Positions 25,552 to 32,000 of a DNA stretch of 32,000 nt are shown piece by piece. Source of the stretch: Geotalea uraniireducens Rf4 (GTDB taxonomy: Bacteria > Desulfobacterota > Desulfuromonadia > Geobacterales > Geobacteraceae); assembly GCF_000016745.1 (NCBI RefSeq), contig NC_009483.1, forward strand, positions 330,001 to 362,000, read 5' to 3'. The position numbers were made by a program, and so were the translations under genes. Every line of letters begins with the position of its first letter. Position 1 is the first letter of the stretch. The notes beneath the pieces are model-generated. The model was not told where the DNA came from and did not search any database. It worked only from the letters and a program-made list of their open reading frames with translations.

Positions 25552-25580
25552 TTGACAAGAGGGGTATCGGCTGGTATTTT
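25552..25580 (+). promoter_or_regulatory. Candidate sigma-70 promoter for the peroxiredoxin gene
   Basis: TTGACA (25552-25557), 17 nt, TATTTT (25575-25580). A second TTGACA lies at 25512-25517. Confidence 0.4.
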
Positions 25581-25626
25581 TTCATCAGATGTTATTTACT
25601 TACCTATACAAAGGAGATACCGAGTT

Positions 25627-26226
25627 ATGAGCATTTGTACTCTTGTTACCCAGGAAGCCCCTGATTTTACCGCTGAAGCGGCTATGCCGGACAACAGTTT
25701 TGCCGAGATCAAGCTCTCCAACTACCGTGGCAAGTATGTGGTCCTGTTTTTCTATCCCCTTGATTTCACCTTTGTCTGCCCGTCCGAGATCCTTGCTTTC
25801 AATAAGCGTCTGGGGGATTTCAAGGCAAAGAACTGCGAGGTGATAGGCGTTTCCGTCGACTCGAAATTTACCCATCTCGCCTGGAAGAACACGCCGGTCG
25901 AAAACGGCGGCATCGGCAATATCCAGTACCCGCTGGTGCAGGACCTGAACAAGGCGATTGCCAGGTCCTACGGCATTCTCTTTAACGAGTCGGTGGCCCT
26001 GCGCGGCCTGTTCCTCATCGACCCCCACGGCAAGGTGCGCCACGCAGTCATCAATGACCTGCCACTCGGACGGAGCGTCAACGAGGCACTGCGCATGGTT
26101 GATGCGCTCCAGTTTGTCGAAACCCATGGCGGTGAAGTCTGTCCGGCCAACTGGCAGGAAGGGGAAGAGGCGATGAAAGCCTCGACGGAAGGTGTGGCGG
26201 CCTACCTGGCAAAGCACGGCAAGTAA
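25627..26226 (+). CDS. Typical 2-Cys peroxiredoxin (AhpC/Prx1 family)
   Basis: The peroxidatic motif [14 protein letters not shown] and the resolving Cys in [10 protein letters not shown]. The SD AAGGAGA lies before the ATG at 25627. Confidence 0.92.
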   Translation: MSICTLVTQEAPDFTAEAAMPDNSFAEIKLSNYRGKYVVLFFYPLDFTFVCPSEILAFNKRLGDFKAKNCEVIGVSVDSKFTHLAWKNTPVENGGIGNIQYPLVQDLNKAIARSYGILFNESVALRGLFLIDPHGKVRHAVINDLPLGRSVNEALRMVDALQFVETHGGEVCPANWQEGEEAMKASTEGVAAYLAKHGK

Positions 26227-26244
26227 GGCATCCTGCAGGCATAA

Positions 26245-26285
26245 GAGAACGGCGCGAGTTAATTAACCGCGCCGTTCTCATTTAT
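26245..26285 (+). terminator. Rho-independent terminator after the peroxiredoxin gene
   Basis: A perfect 12-bp stem GAGAACGGCGCG / CGCGCCGTTCTC (26245-26256 and 26268-26279) followed by ATTTAT. Confidence 0.8.
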
Positions 26286-26301
26286 AGCCAGGGGTTCGGC
26301 A

Positions 26302-28533
26302 ATGGATGAGCTGCATCTGGGTGATAACGAGATCCTGTTCGGTGCAGACAAGACCGAAGGTATTGTGGCGGCGGAACTTGCCGGGCGCTTCATCCGTCTC
26401 TTCATCCGCCGCAAAAACGGGGTTTTCTTTCGTGACGACCCTTTTCATCCCTTCATTCTCGTCGAACAGCCGGCTCTCCTTGCCGGGTTTCCCGGCGGTC
26501 ACACGATTAAATCTCTGACCGGCAGCGGCGAGTACAAATACATGGCGGAATTCGGCAGCTGGCGCGACTGCATGGCTGCCCGGGACTTTCTTGCGAAAAA
26601 GAGCGGCAAAACGCCATCATCCCGTGATGTTCCCTACCTCTATCTGTCGGATCCGGTTCATCAGCACCTGTTGAAAAGCGGCAAGACCCTGTTCAAGGGG
26701 ACTGATTTCACTAGCATCGGCCGGCTGGCCCTTGATATCGAGACCTACTGCGCCGAGGGGTTTGAATTTTCCAACCCGCAGCGGGAGGAAGACCGGATCA
26801 TCTCCATTGCCGTAATGGATGAAAACGGCTATGCGGAAGTACTGAACGGTCACGACATGACGGAAGCGACCATGCTGGAAAGGCTTTCAGAGATAATCCG
26901 GGAACGGGACCCGGATGTCATCGAAGGGCACAACATCTTCCGCTTCGATCTGGAGTACATCCGGGTGCGGGCGGAACGCCACCGGGTCGGTCTCTGCTGG
27001 GGGAGGGACGGCAGCGAGCCGCGTGTCCACCCGTCCCGCTTCTCCATTGCCGAACGAACCATCGATTATCCACGCTGGGACATCTTCGGCCGCCACATCA
27101 TCGACACCTATTTCCTCCTTCTCATCTATGACATCAGTGCCAGGGAGATGGAGAGCTATGGGCTGAAAGCCGCTGCCCGCCATTTCGGCCTTGCCGCGCC
27201 GGACCGCGTCTACATCGAGGGGAATCAAATCAGCCGCCGTTTTGACACCGACCCCGATTCTCTGGCGCGGTATAACCTGGACGACGTCCGGGAAACCCTC
27301 GCTCTTTCCCGCCTCCTCTCCCACTCCTATTTTCTCCAGACCAGCATGTTCCCCTATTCGTATCAGAACTGCCTGATTCGGGGGAACGCCACAAAAATAA
27401 ATGCCCTGTTCCTCAGGGAATACCTGCGGCAGGGGGTAGCGATCCCGAAGTCAGGTGCAGGCGGCAGCTTCGAGGGGGGGTATACCGATGTGCTCGAGTA
27501 CGGGGTGGTCGGTCCCATCGTCCATTGCGACGTGGCTTCCCTCTACCCGTCGATCCTTATCTCTTATCAGCTTACGCCTGCCCACGATAGCCTGTCCCTG
27601 TTTCTTCCTTTATTGAAGGAGTTGCGCGAGTTCAGGTTGACGGCCAAGCGGCTGGCCAGGACAGGGGCAGATCCATTTCGGCGCGACTATTACCAGGCGC
27701 TGCAGCAGGCCTTCAAGGTCCTGATAAACTCTTTTTACGGCTACCTCGGCTCTCCGCTGCACAATTTCTCCGATGTCGCCCTCGCAGCCGAAGTGACCAG
27801 GCTGGGACGGGAGACTATCAAGACCATGCTTGCCTGGCTGCTTGAACGGGGTGCGCAACCCGTGGAGGTGGATACGGACGGCATATATTTCATCCCCCCC
27901 TCCGTCGTTGCAACGGCTGAAAAGGAGGAACTGCTGGTGCGCGAATTGTCGCAGTCGCTCCCCGGAGGCATCGAGGTGGAACTGGACGGGCGATACCGGG
28001 CCATGTTTTCCTACAAGATCAAGAACTACGCCCTGCTGGGATACGATGGGAAAATGACCGTCAAAGGTAGCGGCCTCAGATCCAGGGGTATAGAAAAATA
28101 CCTGCGGGCGTTCATGGAAGAGATCATCAGGCTGCTTCTTGCCGGCGAAGGGGCGAAGGTGGAGGCGGTATACCGGGATTACACGCAAAAGCTGCGCGAC
28201 CACGAATTCGGCATCTCCTGGCTGGCAAAGAGCGAAACGCTCGGCGAGTCGCTGGCCGTTTATCGGGAAAAGGTTCGGGCGGGGAAGCGTAATCCGGCAG
28301 CGGCGTATGAGATAGCCACCAAGTCGCCACGGGAATTCAGGGCCGGCGACCAGATAAGCTACTACATCAGCGGCCGGAGAAAAGGGGTGACTGCCTACGA
28401 AAACTGCCGGCCCATAGCGGACTACGACCCGGCCCATCCCGACGAGAATACCGATTACTACATGGATAAGCTGAAGCAGTTGCACAAGAAATTTGCCCGA
28501 TTTCTACCGGGGGAAAAGTTGCTGTTCGACTGA
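26302..28533 (+). CDS. polB: Family B DNA polymerase (Pol II-type, with 3'-5' exonuclease domain)
   Basis: Exo I LALDIETY, Exo II HNIFRFDLEYI, Exo III YNLDDVRE, Pol A DVASLYPSIL, Pol B KVLINSFYGYLG, Pol C VEVDTDGIYF, and KxY in YKIKNYALL. Confidence 0.9.
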   Translation: MDELHLGDNEILFGADKTEGIVAAELAGRFIRLFIRRKNGVFFRDDPFHPFILVEQPALLAGFPGGHTIKSLTGSGEYKYMAEFGSWRDCMAARDFLAKKSGKTPSSRDVPYLYLSDPVHQHLLKSGKTLFKGTDFTSIGRLALDIETYCAEGFEFSNPQREEDRIISIAVMDENGYAEVLNGHDMTEATMLERLSEIIRERDPDVIEGHNIFRFDLEYIRVRAERHRVGLCWGRDGSEPRVHPSRFSIAERTIDYPRWDIFGRHIIDTYFLLLIYDISAREMESYGLKAAARHFGLAAPDRVYIEGNQISRRFDTDPDSLARYNLDDVRETLALSRLLSHSYFLQTSMFPYSYQNCLIRGNATKINALFLREYLRQGVAIPKSGAGGSFEGGYTDVLEYGVVGPIVHCDVASLYPSILISYQLTPAHDSLSLFLPLLKELREFRLTAKRLARTGADPFRRDYYQALQQAFKVLINSFYGYLGSPLHNFSDVALAAEVTRLGRETIKTMLAWLLERGAQPVEVDTDGIYFIPPSVVATAEKEELLVRELSQSLPGGIEVELDGRYRAMFSYKIKNYALLGYDGKMTVKGSGLRSRGIEKYLRAFMEEIIRLLLAGEGAKVEAVYRDYTQKLRDHEFGISWLAKSETLGESLAVYREKVRAGKRNPAAAYEIATKSPREFRAGDQISYYISGRRKGVTAYENCRPIADYDPAHPDENTDYYMDKLKQLHKKFARFLPGEKLLFD

Positions 28534-28551
28534 AGTCCAAAGAGAGTTGGC

Positions 28552-28580
28552 TTGCCAGCGCAGTATATTTGTGTTAATAA
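28552..28580 (+). promoter_or_regulatory. Candidate sigma-70 promoter for the TIGR04073-like gene pair
   Basis: TTGCCA (28552-28557), 17 nt, TAATAA (28575-28580). Pattern match only. Confidence 0.3.
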
Positions 28581-28622
28581 GATAAAATCTATTCAAGTAC
28601 TTATGGTCAGAAAGGAGTTGCA

Positions 28623-29033
28623 ATGCGGATATTTGCTGTCATTTTACCCCTTGTACTACTTTGCCTTTTCACCATTCCCTCGTTTGCCCAGGAAGCTCAG
28701 CAGTCCGAAGCCATTGCCGAAAAGATGGCGTTCAAGCTCGTGCGTGGTGTCACCAATGTGACAACCGGTATTGCTGAAATCCCAAAGCAGTCTTACCTGA
28801 CAATCCGTGACCGGGGGAATATTGGTTATGTGGTCGGGCCGATCAAGGGGTTTGGCATGGCTATCTACCGGACGCTGATGGGCGCCGTCGAAACGGTATT
28901 TTTCTTGGTGCCGCAGCCCGGTTACTACGACCCGATAATCGACCCGGAATATGTCTGGAATGGCTGGGAAGAAAAACGGGTAGAATCGCGCAAGGCGAAA
29001 GAGCCTGAATCGGGCGTTAAAAAGGGAGAGTAG
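28623..29033 (+). CDS. Secreted small protein, TIGR04073-like (exosortase system-associated family), paralog 1
   Basis: Signal peptide MRIFAVILPLVLLCLFTIPSFA. KLVRGVTNVTTGIAEIPKQ..., GPIKGFGMAIYRTLMGAVETVFFLVP and GYYDPIIDPEYVW. The SD AAGGAG lies before the ATG. Confidence 0.75.
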   Translation: MRIFAVILPLVLLCLFTIPSFAQEAQQSEAIAEKMAFKLVRGVTNVTTGIAEIPKQSYLTIRDRGNIGYVVGPIKGFGMAIYRTLMGAVETVFFLVPQPGYYDPIIDPEYVWNGWEEKRVESRKAKEPESGVKKGE

Positions 29034-29034
29034 C

Positions 29035-29415
29035 ATGTCAGTTAAGCCGTTTTTCTGTGTGGTTGCGCTCTTGTACGGAATCCTTGTTTCGGGGGTGCAG
29101 GATAGGGCTTGGGCGGATGACTATCGCACCCTTGAAAATGCATCGCCGCAGGAGGTTGTGGATGCCATGGCCACCAAAGCAGCTCGTGGCATTGCCAACA
29201 CAACCACCGGTTGGCTGGAGCTTCCCAAACAGATATATCTGACGTTTAAAGAGGATGGGGTGGCAAAGGGGATTACTATCGGGCCGCTGAAAGGGATAGG
29301 GATGACTCTGGTCAGGACGGTGTCGGGGGTTGCTGAGGCGGCCACCTTTTTCGTTGCCTATCCCGGTTTCTATGACCCCATTTTTGACCCGGCTTTTGTC
29401 TGGCAAAAAGAGTAA
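29035..29415 (+). CDS. Secreted small protein, TIGR04073-like, paralog 2
   Basis: KAARGIANTTTGWLELPKQ..., GPLKGIGMTLVRTVSGVAEAATFFVA and GFYDPIFDPAFVW have the same architecture as the upstream gene. The ATG lies 1 nt after the paralog 1 stop. Confidence 0.75.
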   Translation: MSVKPFFCVVALLYGILVSGVQDRAWADDYRTLENASPQEVVDAMATKAARGIANTTTGWLELPKQIYLTFKEDGVAKGITIGPLKGIGMTLVRTVSGVAEAATFFVAYPGFYDPIFDPAFVWQKE

Positions 29416-29474
29416 TCTGCCGGTGACGGTTTAGTGGTGCACCGGAAACGGTAAAGTTAACGAACTGCAGACAA

Positions 29475-29506
29475 TAAAAAAGCCGCATCCGAGGATGCGG
29501 CTTTTT
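29475..29506. terminator. Bidirectional rho-independent terminator between convergent genes
   Basis: AAAAAA-GCCGCATC-CGAG-GATGCGGC-TTTTT, with an A-run on one side and a T-run on the other. Confidence 0.8.
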
Positions 29507-29527
29507 CGTCAGCATTGGAAGTGCGAA

Positions 29528-29767
29528 TTACTTCGCAGCAGGAGCTGCTTCAGCAGGCTTAACTTCTTCTTTTTTCTCAGCTTTTTTTGCTTTTTTTGCT
29601 TTTTTTGCTTTTTTTGCTTTCTTAACAGGAGCTTTTTCTTCTTTCTTCACTTCGCCGGCAGCAGGAGCAGCAGGAGCTTCGGTTTTTGCAGGCTCAGCAG
29701 CGAAAACAACACCAGCGAAAGCAACAGCAACGAGAGCAGCAACGATTGAGGACAGAACTTTTTTCAT
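29528..29767 (-). CDS. Small secreted Lys/Ala/Pro/Glu-rich protein (79 aa)
   Basis: Signal peptide MKKVLSSIVAALVAVAFAGVVFA|AEP. The low-complexity mature part contains (KKA)n: VKKAKKAKKAKKAKKAEKKEE. The SD AAGGAG lies 7 nt before the ATG, a sigma-54-like promoter lies upstream and a strong terminator downstream. Confidence 0.65.
   Translation of the reverse strand: MKKVLSSIVAALVAVAFAGVVFAAEPAKTEAPAAPAAGEVKKEEKAPVKKAKKAKKAKKAKKAEKKEEVKPAEAAPAAK
29580..29617. repeat. Four tandem copies of a 9-bp unit (GCTTTTTTT; AAAAAAAGC on the coding strand)
   Basis: Read directly at 29580-29617. It encodes the KKA repeats and creates four A7 homopolymer tracts in the mRNA. Confidence 0.9.
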
Positions 29768-29808
29768 GGTAAATCTCCTTTAAAAAAATGTATGATGACT
29801 TCATTCAT

Positions 29809-29824
29809 AGCAGATACCGTGCCA
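29809..29824 (-). promoter_or_regulatory. Sigma-54 (RpoN) -24/-12 promoter candidate for the small Lys-rich protein gene
   Basis: The minus strand reads TGGCACGgtatCTGCT against the consensus TGGCACG-N4-TTGCW, with the GG and GC elements at correct spacing. The -12 element lies about 41 nt upstream of the ATG. Confidence 0.5.
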
Positions 29825-30071
29825 TCATTGTTGGTGCATGTAACTGGTTGGAAAAGCAAGCTATTATGCATGTGAGCTGCAGTTAATCGAATACTCTGAC
29901 CCGAAATCATCCAGTGTATGCCTCATATGGGGTATTGCGGGCGGGACCGTGAGGGTGGATTTGCTGACGATGAACCGGGCGCAATGTCATCAGTGGGCTG
30001 ATGGCAGTCAATGGCGGTAGGGCCGGGATAATACCTTGCCAGCTGTTGGCAAAATTTGTTACTATCTACCG

Positions 30072-30109
30072 GGTCGTGGCGGCGAACTTCCGTCAGGACC
30101 TTTATTTTT
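30072..30109 (+). terminator. Intrinsic-terminator-like hairpin plus U-tract abutting the radical SAM start codon (possible attenuator)
   Basis: GGTCGTGGCGG-CGAACTT-CCGTCAGGACC forms an 11-bp stem with one mismatch and one G-U pair, followed by TTTATTTTT and then the ATG at 30110. Confidence 0.45.
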
Positions 30110-32000
30110 ATGGGGGATTTTTTGCAAAACGATTATTTGCTGTCAGTTGAAAAGCCAGCTCGCTACATGGGCGGGGAAATGGGGGCGATAGTCAAGGAGC
30201 GGGCCGATGTGCGGTTTGTCCTGGCGTTCCCGGATGTATATGAAGTCGGCATGAGTCACCTGGGTTTCAGGATACTCTATGCTATTCTGAACGAAATCGA
30301 TTGGCTGGCTGCTGAGCGTGTTTACGCCCCCTGGCCTGACATGGAAGCCCTGCATCGCAGCAACGGCATATCCCTTGCCACCCTGGAAAGTTCAGTCCCT
30401 CTTTCCCGGGTGGACATCCTCGGTTTTACCCTCCAGTATGAACTTTCCTACACCAATATCCTCAACATGCTGGAATTGGCCGGCATTCCTCTCCTGGCCT
30501 CGGAACGGGGCGAAGGATTCCCACTCGTCATTGGCGGCGGCCCCTGTGCATGCAACCCGGAGCCGTTGGCCGATTTTTTCGATGCCTTCCTCCTGGGAGA
30601 CGGAGAAGAAGCGGTAACGGAAATTGCAGTCGTTTACCGCGAATGGAAACGTGTTAAGTCCACGAAGGAGGAACTCCTTGAGCGGCTGGCAAAGATTGAC
30701 GGGGTCTATATTCCGTCTTTTTTCTCTGTTGACTATGACGCGTCCGGGCGGATCGAGACGCTCAGGCCGCTCAAGCCGGGCTATGTAAAGGTCAGGAGGC
30801 GGATCGCCGCTGACCTGAATGGGATTGACTACCCGGGCGCTCCGGTTGTTCCCTTCCTGAAGACGGTTCACGACCGGGTGAGCATGGAGGTAGCCCGCGG
30901 CTGTACCCGCGGCTGCCGCTTCTGCCAGGCGGGGTATATTTACCGTCCAGTGCGCGAACGGACGCCGGAGCAGATTCTGGCCAAGATCGAGGAGACCCTG
31001 CGTAACACCGGTTACGATGAAGTATCGCTTCTTTCCCTTTCAACCGGAGATTACGGCTGCCTTACTCCGCTGCTCAAGGAACTCATGGAGCGGTATGCCA
31101 AGGAGCGTATTGCCGTTTCTTTGCCATCCCTGCGGGTGGGGAGCCTCACCCCGGAGATCGTGGAGGAGATAAAGAAGGTCAGGAAGACCGGCTTTACCCT
31201 TGCCCCTGAAGCCGGCAGCGAGCGGCTGCGCCAGGTTATCAATAAGGGGATAACCGAGACGGACCTGCTGAATACCGCTTTTGAGGTCTACAGTGCCGGC
31301 TGGCGGCTGATCAAGCTCTATTTCATGATCGGTCTGCCGACGGAAACCATGGATGATGTGCTTGGCATTGCTGAACTGGCCAAACAGGTTAAATTCCAGG
31401 GGAAGCGGACCGGCGCCGGCGGTGAGGTCAATGTGGCGGTCAGCAGCTTTGTGCCGAAGCCCCATACGCCATTCCAATGGGAACCGCAGATCAGTTACGA
31501 GGAAATTCTCGAAAAGCAGCAGTTTCTGCGCCTGGAGCTGAAAAAGCGCAAGCTGAATTTCAAGTGGCAGGATGCCCCCTTGTCCGTAATGGAGGGGGTC
31601 TTTGCACGTGGTGACCGGCGACTCGGTCGGGTGCTGATCGAAGCACGACGGCTGGGGTGCCGTTTCGACGGCTGGGGCGAGCATTTCAGCTTTTCCAGGT
31701 GGCAGCAGGCATTTGCCGCAACGGCCATTGATCCGCTCTTCTATCATCGCCGTCGTGACCTTGAGGAGGTTCTTCCCTGGGACCACCTTGAGAGCGGCGT
31801 CAGCAGGGAGTTTCTCCGTTCGGAGTTGGAGAAGTCTGCTGTCAGCTCCTATACGCCGGACTGCCGCAGCGGTGTCTGCTCGGGATGCGGCGTCTGCGAT
31901 TTTGAAATGATACGGATGAGGCTCAATGGGGCCGAAGAGACCTGTGGTGGCGCACCCGTGACGGAATCAGGGCAGCCGGTGGAGGCGGAGCGCATCCGGC
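30110..32000 (+). CDS. Radical SAM protein with an N-terminal B12-binding-like domain (TIGR03960-like); 3' end lies outside the window
   Basis: This gene is not in the ORF track because it has no stop in the window. Frame 2 is open from 30110 to 32000: MGDFLQNDYLLSVEKPARYMGGE..., PLVIGGGPCACNPEP, the radical SAM motif CTRGCRFCQAG and FMIGLPTET. The TTG at 30122 (GGGGGA upstream) is an alternative start. Confidence 0.85.
   Translation, partial: MGDFLQNDYLLSVEKPARYMGGEMGAIVKERADVRFVLAFPDVYEVGMSHLGFRILYAILNEIDWLAAERVYAPWPDMEALHRSNGISLATLESSVPLSRVDILGFTLQYELSYTNILNMLELAGIPLLASERGEGFPLVIGGGPCACNPEPLADFFDAFLLGDGEEAVTEIAVVYREWKRVKSTKEELLERLAKIDGVYIPSFFSVDYDASGRIETLRPLKPGYVKVRRRIAADLNGIDYPGAPVVPFLKTVHDRVSMEVARGCTRGCRFCQAGYIYRPVRERTPEQILAKIEETLRNTGYDEVSLLSLSTGDYGCLTPLLKELMERYAKERIAVSLPSLRVGSLTPEIVEEIKKVRKTGFTLAPEAGSERLRQVINKGITETDLLNTAFEVYSAGWRLIKLYFMIGLPTETMDDVLGIAELAKQVKFQGKRTGAGGEVNVAVSSFVPKPHTPFQWEPQISYEEILEKQQFLRLELKKRKLNFKWQDAPLSVMEGVFARGDRRLGRVLIEARRLGCRFDGWGEHFSFSRWQQAFAATAIDPLFYHRRRDLEEVLPWDHLESGVSREFLRSELEKSAVSSYTPDCRSGVCSGCGVCDFEMIRMRLNGAEETCGGAPVTESGQPVEAERIR

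Noticed and set aside
26302-28533. polB considered as part of a pipolin, casposon or other self-replicating mobile element.
   Set aside because: There is no Cas1, integrase, terminal inverted repeat or plasmid/phage gene nearby. The motifs are of the RNA/DNA-primed PolB type. The flanking genes are ordinary chromosomal genes with their own terminators.
29580-29617. The short tandem repeats here, and the heptamer arrays at 18654-18711, considered as a possible CRISPR array.
   Set aside because: The units are 7-9 bp with no spacers, and one set is coding. There are no cas genes, so this is not CRISPR architecture.
30068-30100. A resemblance of GGGTCGTGGCGGCGAAC...CCGTCAGGACC to the conserved ZTP (pfl) riboswitch segments.
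   Set aside because: The two segments are separated by only about 7 nt and simply form one hairpin. The P1/P2 subdomain and the linker are absent, and the downstream gene is not a purine or folate gene. I treat it as a terminator-like hairpin instead.
21266-31786. Antisense ORFs inside uvrB, pcnB, the ferredoxin/prx genes, polB and the radical SAM gene (for example 21266..21775, 21812..22270, 23081..23584, 24695..25585, 25600..26217, 27610..28485, 30392..30871, 31040..31786).
   Set aside because: They are mirror-frame ORFs of well-supported genes. In particular, 30392..30871 and 31040..31786 disappear as candidates once the unlisted plus-strand radical SAM frame (CTRGCRFCQAG) is recognised.

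Overview
This window looks like a core chromosomal segment of a Geobacter-like (Desulfuromonadales) deltaproteobacterium. The evidence is the fairly GC-rich sequence, the gene content and a sigma-54-type promoter.

I call 31 CDS and 4 tRNAs.
- **Housekeeping genes:** serS, uvrB, pcnB, tatA, a Dus-family tRNA-dihydrouridine synthase, thpR, a 2-Cys peroxiredoxin and a family-B DNA polymerase.
- **Signalling genes:** two sensor kinases, an orphan receiver, an AraC regulator, and a small-protein/HDOD/REC-GGDEF(GGDDF) operon.
- **Conserved unknowns:** DUF3820, DUF480/YceH, DUF2288, DUF1847, a DUF2155-like lipoprotein, and two tandem TIGR04073-like proteins.
- **tRNAs:** Ser-UGA, Ser-GCU, Arg-ACG and Arg-UCG.

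Two genes are cut by the window edges. The first kinase is open from base 1. A radical-SAM gene that is missing from the ORF track runs from 30110 past base 32000.

I see no CRISPR array, transposase, integrase, prophage or recognisable defence system, and no clear-cut novel multi-gene system. The best leads are:
1. A MITE-like long-palindromic repeat (2460-2625), with a second partial copy at 5485-5541.
2. A co-directional signalling cluster: a kinase with a Cys-cluster PAS domain, a Nudix hydrolase, a small protein, an HDOD protein and a REC-GGDDF protein.
3. A near-consensus sigma-54 promoter driving a tiny secreted Lys/Ala-rich protein whose gene contains four A7 tracts in a 9-bp tandem repeat.
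4. A structured leader ending in a terminator-like hairpin that abuts the radical-SAM start codon.
5. An internal Cys/Asp-rich insert in a SlyD-like FKBP.
6. Three terminators that share an identical 17-nt palindromic core.

All family assignments come from motif recognition by eye, not from database searches.
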